From an uncultured Myxococcales bacterium (lineage in GTDB: Bacteria > Myxococcota_A > UBA9042), in the NCBI GenBank assembly GCA_903924465.1, contig CAIYBN010000056.1:1291-65290 (forward strand): a stretch of DNA of 64,000 bases. Reading direction: 5' to 3'. The stretch's first letter is position 1, and each line of letters begins with the position of its first letter. The notes under the pieces were generated by a model, which made no database searches, was not told the DNA's origin, and was given only the letters and a program-made list of their open reading frames with translations. The position numbers and the translations under genes were made by a program. Positions 47,645-56,365 of the stretch are shown one piece after another.

Positions 47645-50236
47645 TCAGGGACACGAGGTCTGCGTCACGCTGAAGTTACTGACGTCAAATTCAGTGTACG
47701 CTCCACCAGTTCCCGCGGAAAATCCGATGAAGCCGCCGGCGAAGGCACTTGGCATCGTTCCGGAGAACAGGAGATAGCCATCGATAGAGCCCTTGACGTT
47801 TGCGCCGTTGATATCAACGACGTAGTGATGCCATAAGCCATCGCCGACATCGCCGGGAACATTGTTCCATGCGTCAGCCCAGCCATTGGCTGCATACTTG
47901 CCGGTGTCACCATTCAGTGTCGCCGCGAACTCATAGCTGAGCCCATGATCGCCGGCATCGCTGTCATGCGTGTCCAGCTTCACGTGGACACCGTTGACTG
48001 GGTAACTGCCGCAGATGGTGTTGTTGGAGCCATAGCCCATGCAGGCTCCGGATGCCGTGTTGGCGATATAGCTCTCAAGTGCGGTGAGATTGGGTACGTC
48101 GATGATGTTGAGCGCCATTCCCTCCGGAGAGGCAAAAAACGCTGCGTCGTATTGGATGGTCGTCTTTGCCGCCGCAATCCGCGCGGTTGTGTAATACACC
48201 TGCCCCTTCTTCGATGCGGCTGCGGGCACGAGCCGAACTCCGGGGCCTGCCGTCGAGGAGTAGTCCGCGCTGTTATACAGCTTCCACCCGGCCTTCACGG
48301 TAGCGAGAGAATTCGTTGTGTTCAAGCAAGCCGCGCAGCCTTCATCGGTCAAGCCATTGCAGTTGTCGTCGATGCTGTTACCGCAGACCTCCGCGTGACC
48401 GGGATTCACCGCCGCGCTGGCGTCATTGCAATCACCGGACACCATCGCAGTGTAGCTCGCCAGCGGGCCGCAGGCAGCTTTGCCCGTACCGGCGCCATAG
48501 CCATCCGCGTCGGCATCGGCATAGTAGGTTGCCGTGCCCAAACCCTCGTCGGTCTGGCCGTTGCAGTTGTCATCCAAGCCATTGCAGATCTCGGTGGCGC
48601 CCGGATGGACAGTTGCCCGCGTATCATCGCAGTCGGTATGGTCGCTGACATCGCCGACAGGCGCGCTGCAGGCCTGCACCAACTTGCTAGTGTCGCCGTA
48701 GCCGTCGCCATCTGCATCTGCGTAGAAGTTCAGCTTCACGCCTTCGTCGACCGTGCCGTTGCAGTTGTCGTCCACGCCGTTGCAGATCTCGGTCGCGCCG
48801 GGATGAACGGTGGGACTCGCATCGTTGCAATCACCGCTGACGGTGACGTAGCCCATCGGCTGGCTGCATGCCGATTTGCTGACAGCTGCGTTGCCATAGC
48901 CGTCGAAGTCCGAATCCTGATAGTACGTCACGGTCACCAAGCCCTCGTCGATCTGACCATTGCAGTCATCGTCCACGCCGTTGCACACTTCCGTCCTGGC
49001 CGGGTTGATCGTGGGATCGTTGTCGTTGCAATCGCCGCCCTTGGATGTTGAGTAGATGGCGCTGGCTGCGCACAGACAGCTGGGGGTGCCGCCGCCGTAC
49101 CCATCGCTGTCGGCGTCCTTGTAGAACAACGTGCAGTTCGTCGCCCCCGCCTCATCGGTCTTGCCGTTGCAGTTGTCGTCCACCCCGTTGCACACCTCCG
49201 CCGCACCCGGATGAATCGCCGCATTGCCATCATCGCAGTCCCCGCCGCACGTCGCGCTCGGGCCGTAGCCATCGCCATCGGCGTCGATGGTCTTGGAACT
49301 GCACACGCCAGCCACGCACGCATCCGCGGTGCAGACATTGCCATCGCTACACGCATTGGCGTTGTTGGTCACGTTCGCACAGCCGGTCGCGGGCGCGCAG
49401 CTGTCATCGGTGCAGGCGTTGCCGTCGTTGCAATTGCTGGCGCCACCGCCAAAGCAGGTGCCGGCCACGCATTGGTCGCCGCTGGTGCACAGGCTACCGT
49501 CCTCGCAGGTGGCGCCGGTGGCGAGGTTGACGGCGACGCACTGGCTGGTGCTGGGATCGCAGCTGTTGGCCTTGCAGGCGAGAACGGGACAGACGATGCC
49601 TGCGCAGGGATTGGTGTTGGCGTCGGGCAGTGCCACGTCATCGGCGGCATCGGCATCAACCGCGGAGGCGTCGTCGGCCAGCACCACGTCGGCGGTATCC
49701 ATCAGGTCCGCACTATCGGCATCCGCGACATCCACCAGCGTGGCATCGGTGCCCGCGGTATCGCTGCCATCGGCCAGATCGGCCAGGTCCGGCGCATCGG
49801 CAGCGCTGGCATCGGTCGCATCGGCAAGCGCATCGACCGTGTCGGCGATATCCGGCCCGACGTCCGCAAGGACTACATCCGCGGCATCCACGGCGTCGAC
49901 AATTTCGGCCGCCTCGTCGACCACGGCAGTGTCGGTGCCGGCATCCACCGTTTGCGCATCGCCATCGACGGCATCGACTTCCGGCGGCGCGTCGGCCAGT
50001 TGCACATCCAGCGCATCCGCGGCCGTCACGTCCTCGCCGGCGTCCACCACGTCCGCGAGGGCGTCACCAACATCCGCCGCAGCATCGCCATCCGCGGCAT
50101 CACCGAGCGCATCCGCCGCAACGAGTCCATCCGCCGCGGCTTGTTCAGCCGGCGTGGCGTATTCAAAGGCATCCGGCGCCGGCAGGGCAAAGCATCCGCT
50201 CAGGCAGGCAAGGCCGATGGCCAGCAAGCGCTTCAT
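47645..50236 (-). CDS. Lipoprotein with Asp/Ala-rich linker, Cys-rich MopE-like putative metal-binding repeats and a C-terminal lectin-like domain
   Basis: Lipobox LSGC; repeated DCND...PGATEICNGVDDNCNGxxDEG and YYxDxDxDGYG; GGFIGFSAGTGG legume-lectin-like end. Confidence 0.85.
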   Translation of the reverse strand: MKRLLAIGLACLSGCFALPAPDAFEYATPAEQAAADGLVAADALGDAADGDAAADVGDALADVVDAGEDVTAADALDVQLADAPPEVDAVDGDAQTVDAGTDTAVVDEAAEIVDAVDAADVVLADVGPDIADTVDALADATDASAADAPDLADLADGSDTAGTDATLVDVADADSADLMDTADVVLADDASAVDADAADDVALPDANTNPCAGIVCPVLACKANSCDPSTSQCVAVNLATGATCEDGSLCTSGDQCVAGTCFGGGASNCNDGNACTDDSCAPATGCANVTNNANACSDGNVCTADACVAGVCSSKTIDADGDGYGPSATCGGDCDDGNAAIHPGAAEVCNGVDDNCNGKTDEAGATNCTLFYKDADSDGYGGGTPSCLCAASAIYSTSKGGDCNDNDPTINPARTEVCNGVDDDCNGQIDEGLVTVTYYQDSDFDGYGNAAVSKSACSQPMGYVTVSGDCNDASPTVHPGATEICNGVDDNCNGTVDEGVKLNFYADADGDGYGDTSKLVQACSAPVGDVSDHTDCDDTRATVHPGATEICNGLDDNCNGQTDEGLGTATYYADADADGYGAGTGKAACGPLASYTAMVSGDCNDASAAVNPGHAEVCGNSIDDNCNGLTDEGCAACLNTTNSLATVKAGWKLYNSADYSSTAGPGVRLVPAAASKKGQVYYTTARIAAAKTTIQYDAAFFASPEGMALNIIDVPNLTALESYIANTASGACMGYGSNNTICGSYPVNGVHVKLDTHDSDAGDHGLSYEFAATLNGDTGKYAANGWADAWNNVPGDVGDGLWHHYVVDINGANVKGSIDGYLLFSGTMPSAFAGGFIGFSAGTGGAYTEFDVSNFSVTQTSCP

Positions 50237-51111
50237 CAAAACCGCCCCGTCAGCAGCAGACCCTGCGGTGTGGGCAGCAGCGCGACCTTGTCGGGATGGC
50301 GCAGCAAGAGCCACGTGCCCCCGCCCGCGCACGCCAGCCCGCCCACGCCCAGGCCGATGCCCACGCCCAGCCGGGTGTTGAGCGAGGTCACCGTCGCCGA
50401 GGCCGTCTGGTAATTCGTGCCGACAATCTTGCCATCAGGCCCCAACGTGCCGCTGTCGCGCTTCCAGGCCGCGGCATCCGCCAGCGTGGACAGGCTCACG
50501 CCCAAGCCAGCGATGAACAGCGCGCCGCCACCCGCCACCAATGCCCATGGCACCAGTTCGTTCTCGGCTAGACGGCGCGGCGCCTGAAGGACCACAGGCG
50601 GCGGCGCAACCGGCTCACGCTGCGGCAACGTCTCGACCGTTTTCACCACCACCACCGCGGGCGGCGGTAGCGGCTGCGGCGGCTCCACGGTTGACCGCGG
50701 CGGTTGGGCCACCGGCGGCGGCGCAACGGGCAATGGCGGCGGCGCGGCGCTCTTCTCCACCGCGTCGATTTCATCCAGCGCTTTCTGAGATTTCAAGAAG
50801 TACGGGTCCGTGCCCGGCAGCAGCCCCATGAGGCTCTCGAACGCCAGCCGCGCGGCCTTGAATTTGCCGGCCTTCTGCTCGGATCGCCCAACGCCGAACA
50901 GGTATTCCGGCTTGGTAGGATCGATCCGGTACGCGCGTCGGTAGAGATCGGCGGACGCCACGTACGCCTGATGCCGGTAGTAGTCGATGGCCTGCTTGGC
51001 GACCATCGACGCTTCCACGGCCGGCGCGGGCGGTGCGGCCAACACCGGCAGCGCCAGCAACAGCACAGCCGCCACGAGCACACGGCGCAGAATCTGCCGA
51101 GCCATCGCCAT
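50236..51111 (-). CDS. TPR-domain exported protein with C-terminal hydrophobic segments (myxobacterial type)
   Basis: Signal peptide, YRRAYRIDP TPR, Pro-rich linker, Gly-rich hydrophobic helices, terminal GLLLTGRF; its stop overlaps the next start. Confidence 0.8.
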   Translation of the reverse strand: MAMARQILRRVLVAAVLLLALPVLAAPPAPAVEASMVAKQAIDYYRHQAYVASADLYRRAYRIDPTKPEYLFGVGRSEQKAGKFKAARLAFESLMGLLPGTDPYFLKSQKALDEIDAVEKSAAPPPLPVAPPPVAQPPRSTVEPPQPLPPPAVVVVKTVETLPQREPVAPPPVVLQAPRRLAENELVPWALVAGGGALFIAGLGVSLSTLADAAAWKRDSGTLGPDGKIVGTNYQTASATVTSLNTRLGVGIGLGVGGLACAGGGTWLLLRHPDKVALLPTPQGLLLTGRF

Positions 51112-51353
51112 GGTTGCATCCGGAAGCAGGAAGTCTGCTGCGGCGAGGATGGCTGGTGGAACGTTGCGGTGCAATTGCACTCGCTGACCGACGGTCGAGA
51201 TCACGCCTCCGCCAGCCGCGGCGTGCCACAGGAGGTGCACGCTCGCGGTCCAGTCCGAAAGGCAACAGCTCTGACTGGCCCGGCTTGGCATCCGACAAAG
51301 ATCAGGAGTTACGACTCGCAGTCTCCGCATCGCTCATGCTACCCTCGCGCGCC

Positions 51354-53171
51354 ATGACGCACCGCGCTTTCGTTCCACCCAAACCGCCGCCGATTGAACT
51401 GCTCGACCCGCTGGTGGCCAACCAGATCGCCGCGGGCGAGGTGGTGGAACGGCCGGCGTCGGTCATCAAGGAGCTGGTCGAGAACAGCCTGGACGCCGGT
51501 GCGACGCACATCCAGATTCGCCTGAAAGAGGGCGGAAGCGTGCTGGCGCAGGTCATCGACAATGGCTATGGCCTGGATGGTCCCTCAGCGAAGCTGGCGT
51601 TCCTGCGCCATGCGACGTCCAAGCTGCGCACGGCTGAAGAGCTGATGGGCATCCAGACGTTCGGCTTTCGCGGCGAGGCACTCGCGTCGATCCTGGCGGT
51701 GGCGCACGTGACGCTGACGTCCCGGCGTGCGGACATGGACGTGGGCGTGCGGCTGACGGGCGGTGGCGCGACCGGGCTGCGTGAGGAGCCCGCGGGCTGT
51801 CCGGTGGGCACGGACATCCAGGTGGCGGACCTGTTCTTCAACGTGCCCGCCCGCCAGAAGTTCCTGCGGACGGCAGCCACCGAGCTGGGGCAGATCCTGC
51901 GCTTTGTCGATGCGCTGGCGCTGGCACGGCCGGACCTGCATCTGACGGTGCACCACAATGACCGCAAGGTCGCGGATTATCCCGCCGACCGGGACCTGAT
52001 GCGCCGCACGCATGCGGTGCTGGGTGGCGAGGTGGCGGCGCGGCTGTACCCGCTGGCGGATGACTTGGAATACCAGGTGCGCGGCCTGCTGAGCGAACCG
52101 AGCCTGCACCATGGCGGCCCGGGACAGCTCACGCTCTTGGTCAATGGTCGGCATGTCGCGGATCGCACGCTGCAGCACGCGGTGATCTCGGGCTACGGCA
52201 CGCTGCTGGAGCGCGGCCGCTATCCCGTGGGCATTCTCGCGATTGATTGCCCGCCGGGCACGGTGGATGTCAACGTGCACCCGGCCAAGACGGAAGTGCG
52301 GTTTGTCCAGAGCCAGGCGGTGTTTGCCGCGGTCGTGCGCGCCATCCGCGGCATGTTGGCGGGAACGCCGTGGGTCAAGGAGCCCATCACGGTCAATCTC
52401 GCTGCGCTGACGGAGCAGACGCCAACGGTCCACGACTTTCCAGCGCTGCGACCGGGGCCGGTGCGGGAGCAGCTGCCGTCGGCCTGGCGCAACACCCCGG
52501 TGCGGCCGTTCAAGCACACGCAGCCGTTTTCCAGCGGCGTGGAGGACGCTTTCCAGCCGCCGCTGCCGCAAGCGCAGCCGCAACCGACGACGTACAGCGG
52601 CCTGCGCTACGTCGGGCAAGTCGGCAAGTGCTTCCTGGTGTGCGAAACGGCGGATGCGTTGGTGCTCATCGACCAGCACGCCGCGCACGAGCGCATCCTG
52701 TTCGAGCAGTTTGTCCAGCGCGCCCGGACCCAAGGCTATGCGATGCAGCAGCTGCTGATTCCGCAGATGATTCCCCTGGTTCCGGCGGAGGTCGCAGCGC
52801 TGGATGAAGCGGCCGACCTGCTGACGCCGTTGGGTTTTGTCGTGGAAGCGGCCGGCGAACGTGCCGTGCGTCTGCGGGCCCATCCGGCGATTCTGCGCGA
52901 CCGTGATGTGGTGGCTGAAGTGCTGGCGTTGGCGGAATCCTTGGCCCAAGGCGGTCGCGGCGCGCGCACGCTGGAGACGCTGGAACGCGCTGCGGCCACG
53001 CTCGCCTGTCACGCCGCCTGGCGCGCCGGTGATGTGATGACCGCGGACGACGTGCAACGCCTGCTGCGGGAGATGGAAGGCGTAGATTTGTCCGCCTACT
53101 GCCCGCACGGCCGACCGGTCGTGTTTCGCGCGCAGTGGCAGGAAGTCGGCCGCTGGTTTGGGCGCCCGTAG
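51354..53171 (+). CDS. mutL: DNA mismatch repair protein MutL
   Basis: NQIAAGEVVERPASVIKELVENSLDA, GFRGEAL, DVNVHP, DQHAAHER, ACH, CPHGRP. Confidence 0.97.
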   Translation: MTHRAFVPPKPPPIELLDPLVANQIAAGEVVERPASVIKELVENSLDAGATHIQIRLKEGGSVLAQVIDNGYGLDGPSAKLAFLRHATSKLRTAEELMGIQTFGFRGEALASILAVAHVTLTSRRADMDVGVRLTGGGATGLREEPAGCPVGTDIQVADLFFNVPARQKFLRTAATELGQILRFVDALALARPDLHLTVHHNDRKVADYPADRDLMRRTHAVLGGEVAARLYPLADDLEYQVRGLLSEPSLHHGGPGQLTLLVNGRHVADRTLQHAVISGYGTLLERGRYPVGILAIDCPPGTVDVNVHPAKTEVRFVQSQAVFAAVVRAIRGMLAGTPWVKEPITVNLAALTEQTPTVHDFPALRPGPVREQLPSAWRNTPVRPFKHTQPFSSGVEDAFQPPLPQAQPQPTTYSGLRYVGQVGKCFLVCETADALVLIDQHAAHERILFEQFVQRARTQGYAMQQLLIPQMIPLVPAEVAALDEAADLLTPLGFVVEAAGERAVRLRAHPAILRDRDVVAEVLALAESLAQGGRGARTLETLERAAATLACHAAWRAGDVMTADDVQRLLREMEGVDLSAYCPHGRPVVFRAQWQEVGRWFGRP

Positions 53172-53200
53172 GCGCGGCGTTCAGGTCACGCTGATGAAGG

Positions 53201-53974
53201 CTAGCGCAACGCACCCGCCGTAAACGCGCTCTTGGCCGGCGCGGTCGACGGTCCTTCGGCAACAAATCGCACCGATTTTGGATCATCGCCGGCACCGCGC
53301 AATTGGAACGCCTCGGGTTGGCCGGCGCCGTTGAACGCTTCCCAGTCGACTTCTCCCAGCTTGGCTCCCTTGCCATCGCTGATGGCGGTGGCAATCAAGT
53401 AGCCGGAGCGTTTGGAGATGGACACCTTGGCGGGACGCGCCGTCACGCCCAATTCATAGCGCGGCGCCAGACGCACAACGGCCACTTCGTCAAACTCACC
53501 CTCCACCGTGGGCGTGTACTGCGATTGCCATTCCAGCGCACAGAACATGATCCACGGCACACCGAGAATGGGTTGGGGGCGGAACACCGCTTCGTGCGGC
53601 AGCAATTTGGCCTTCTCACCGCCGACGCGCAGCCACGCCTTGGCGCCATCCATGACAACGCCCGTGCCCAGCAACTCCGCCGGACCTGCGACAACGCGCA
53701 CTTGCAGCTGAGCGTGGCCGACAAAGCTCCGGGCGACCGCAATCTTCAGCCCTGCCATCGGGTGCCCGGCCGGCACATCCGCTTTGAAGACGCGCTGCCA
53801 GGGCTTTTGTGCCGAACGCTGGAGCGCCAGCTCGGCAATCGCAGGCGCACCCTTGCGGCGAATATCCAGCCATTCGGTGGGCGGCGCCGCGAGCGCGAAG
53901 GACGCCAGCAAACACTGCGTGGCCAGCAGGCAGCGTGTCAGGAAGAGGTTGCGGTGAAGGCGCCGGAAGACCAT
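53201..53974 (-). CDS. Hypothetical exported protein, possibly LolA-like fold
   Basis: Signal-like N-terminus; beta-rich with LLGTG...AWL motif. Confidence 0.5.
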   Translation of the reverse strand: MVFRRLHRNLFLTRCLLATQCLLASFALAAPPTEWLDIRRKGAPAIAELALQRSAQKPWQRVFKADVPAGHPMAGLKIAVARSFVGHAQLQVRVVAGPAELLGTGVVMDGAKAWLRVGGEKAKLLPHEAVFRPQPILGVPWIMFCALEWQSQYTPTVEGEFDEVAVVRLAPRYELGVTARPAKVSISKRSGYLIATAISDGKGAKLGEVDWEAFNGAGQPEAFQLRGAGDDPKSVRFVAEGPSTAPAKSAFTAGALR

Positions 53975-54233
53975 TGGACGACCCAAGCACGGCGGCGATG
54001 CCGCGAGAGGTCAGATTGCCCCTCGCCACGGGCTCGGTCAAGTTCAATGGCGCACAAGCGGAATTCTCCACGCCCACATCGACGGTTGCAGCTGGCGAGA
54101 ACGACGTCACCCGCGCGGCAACCCGCTGTGCCGGAAGAAGTTACCGTCATTCGCGTGCATCGCGTGCCAAGATCCGGCACACTGACCTTTCGCGTTCCTT
54201 CCGGCCCGGAAGCCGCGTCCACGGAGTCGATTC

Positions 54234-55502
54234 ATGGCCAACCTCGGCTACATCCAGATGGTCCGGCACTGCAACCAGAACTGCGGGTTCTGCTCCAATC
54301 CGGAGACGCCGTTCTTCCACAATCTGGAGCAGATTCACGAAATCGTGAAGGATTTCGTCAGTCGCGACTACTTTGGCGTCATCATGACCGGCGGCGAGCC
54401 CACGCTGTCGCCGATCCTGCCGGAAGCGATTGCCCACGCCCGCGAGAACGGCCTGCACGTGCGGATGATTACCAATGGCCAGAAGCTCGCCGATTGGGAT
54501 TACTGCAAATCCTTGGCCGATGCCGGTTTGCAGCATGTGCACGTATCGATTCACAGTCACAAACACAAGCTCGAAGACTTTCTAACCGGTACGCCGGGCT
54601 CGCTGGACTGGGCGGAAAAGGCGCTGACCAATCTGGGCAAGACCAACATCACGGTCAACATCAACACGGTCATCAACCGCTACAATTGCGACCATCTGCA
54701 CGAAAACATCGAATGGTTCATCCAGAATTTCCCGTTCATCCGGCATTTTGTCTGGAACAACCTGGACCCGTCGATCGGTCGCGCCACCAGCAACCAGTAC
54801 TTCACGGCGCGGATGCAGGACATCGAGGTGAGCCTGTCCAAGGCGATGCGCATGCTGGCGGAAACCGGCCGGTCGTTTCGCGTCGAGCGCGTGCCGCTGT
54901 GCTACATGACTGAGTTTGCGCATTGCTCGACTGAAACGCGTAAAATCGTCAAATCGGAAGAGCGCATCGTGCATTTCCTCGACAACAAGGGCACCGTGCG
55001 CCAGACCGAATGGGGCCATTTGTACGCCGATGTGTGCAACGTCTGCAGCCTGCGCTCCATCTGTGGCGGCCTGTTCGACCGCGGCGACGCTTACGATCCG
55101 AAGGAGCTGTCGCCGATTTTCAGCGATCCCAAACCGATCATCGCGCGCATCGTCCAGGATTTGCAGTCCGATCCGGCTTGGCGCATGGCGAAATTCAAGA
55201 ACCTGGCGGCAGTTCCGGCGGCGCACCAGGGTAAATCCGGGAGCCAGAAGAGCATGGCGGGCGGCGAAGTGTCGCGACCCGGTAAAGTGCAGGCGCCGAC
55301 CGGCGAGCGGCTGGTGCAAATGGCGATGGACCCGAAGCGCAAGACGGATCACACGGCGCATGACTGGACGCCGGAAACGGCGGGCTGGCATCCGTCGGAC
55401 GATGAAGAGGACGTGGACGAAGGCCTCGTCGTGCCGCCAGAGCCCGTTTCGACAGGGCGGGTTGCGGCGTCGCGCCTTGATGTTCGATCCGGACAAGAGT
55501 AG
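54234..55502 (+). CDS. Radical SAM protein, HxsC-like, with ~110-aa disordered C-terminal tail
   Basis: CNQNCGFC, TGGEPT, ITNG, VPLCY, CNVCSLRSICGG; first gene before hxsD/hxsB. Confidence 0.85.
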   Translation: MANLGYIQMVRHCNQNCGFCSNPETPFFHNLEQIHEIVKDFVSRDYFGVIMTGGEPTLSPILPEAIAHARENGLHVRMITNGQKLADWDYCKSLADAGLQHVHVSIHSHKHKLEDFLTGTPGSLDWAEKALTNLGKTNITVNINTVINRYNCDHLHENIEWFIQNFPFIRHFVWNNLDPSIGRATSNQYFTARMQDIEVSLSKAMRMLAETGRSFRVERVPLCYMTEFAHCSTETRKIVKSEERIVHFLDNKGTVRQTEWGHLYADVCNVCSLRSICGGLFDRGDAYDPKELSPIFSDPKPIIARIVQDLQSDPAWRMAKFKNLAAVPAAHQGKSGSQKSMAGGEVSRPGKVQAPTGERLVQMAMDPKRKTDHTAHDWTPETAGWHPSDDEEDVDEGLVVPPEPVSTGRVAASRLDVRSGQE

Positions 55503-55595
55503 AAGCAAGAGGTCACGCCAGTCCGGTCGCCCCCCGCCGGATGCGCGTTCGCCCTCCCACATCTGGGGCAATTTGCATCACAGGAGTACTTGAGC

Positions 55596-56036
55596 ATGGG
55601 CCAGCCGCACATTGAGAAACTCGACCCGAAAACCAGTACGATGACGCTGTCGCTGGACATCGGCCTGTACCCCGCGGACGTGCTGTACGCCGCCGCCTAC
55701 GTGTTCCTCGACCGCGCGTACGTCTTGCTGGATCGTGCCGGTCCGCGCTTTGAAGTGCACCTGCGCGGCAAAGGCGAGCTCGACGAAGCGCAGCTGACCG
55801 CGATGTCCGGCGAGTTTGAGAACGAGCTGCTCGCTCAGGCGCTGCGCCGCAAGGTCGTCAAGGCCAACCAGAAGATCATCGAAGACATCACCAGTCAGGC
55901 CATCGCGGGCGCGGCGGGCGGCACGCTGCCCACGGATTTCCTCGCTGCAGGCGACGACGGCATGGACTTTCTCGACGACCCGCTGGGCATCGCGGTGCCG
56001 TGGGAAGAGAAATTCAAGAAGAAGAAAGACGCCTGA
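55596..56036 (+). CDS. hxsD: His-Xaa-Ser system protein HxsD-like
   Basis: LYPADVLYAAAYVFLDRAYV...GEFENELLAQALR...; adjacent to hxsB. Confidence 0.8.
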   Translation: MGQPHIEKLDPKTSTMTLSLDIGLYPADVLYAAAYVFLDRAYVLLDRAGPRFEVHLRGKGELDEAQLTAMSGEFENELLAQALRRKVVKANQKIIEDITSQAIAGAAGGTLPTDFLAAGDDGMDFLDDPLGIAVPWEEKFKKKKDA

Positions 56037-56097
56037 GAGACGTCCAACAAACGTCAGCGTATCCCAACTGTTCTGATCTTTTTGCGGGGTTCTCTTC

Positions 56098-56337
56098 ATG
56101 AGCCATGTCACACACCAATCCGTCAAGCTGCACCGCACGCTGTACATGCAGCAGGCGGTGAAGGAAGCGGCGACGACATTCGCGGATTTCGCCTCGTTCG
56201 CCATCAAGCGCGACGGCGATTACTACGCGGTCGACATCCGGGACATCGACCCGGACGTGGACGGCGACGTGGTCGCGGAATTCTGCAACTTTGCGCTGGC
56301 CAACACGGCGAGCCGCAAGAAATCCAAGAAAGCCTGA
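56098..56337 (+). CDS. Short second HxsD-like protein
   Basis: LY...AVKEA...F...AEFCNFAL parallels LY...AAY.F...GEFENELL of the upstream protein. Confidence 0.65.
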   Translation: MSHVTHQSVKLHRTLYMQQAVKEAATTFADFASFAIKRDGDYYAVDIRDIDPDVDGDVVAEFCNFALANTASRKKSKKA

Positions 56338-56365
56338 ACGGCCGCAGTGAGAGGAGCGAACACGG

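Noticed and set aside
53986-54233. Search for a small HxsA precursor upstream of the rSAM operon and in its intergenic gaps
   Set aside because: No short ORF with an RBS and HxS repeats was found.
54530-54570. HVHVSIHSHKH in the rSAM as an HxS repeat
   Set aside because: It corresponds to the normal S(L/I)H strand of the radical SAM barrel.
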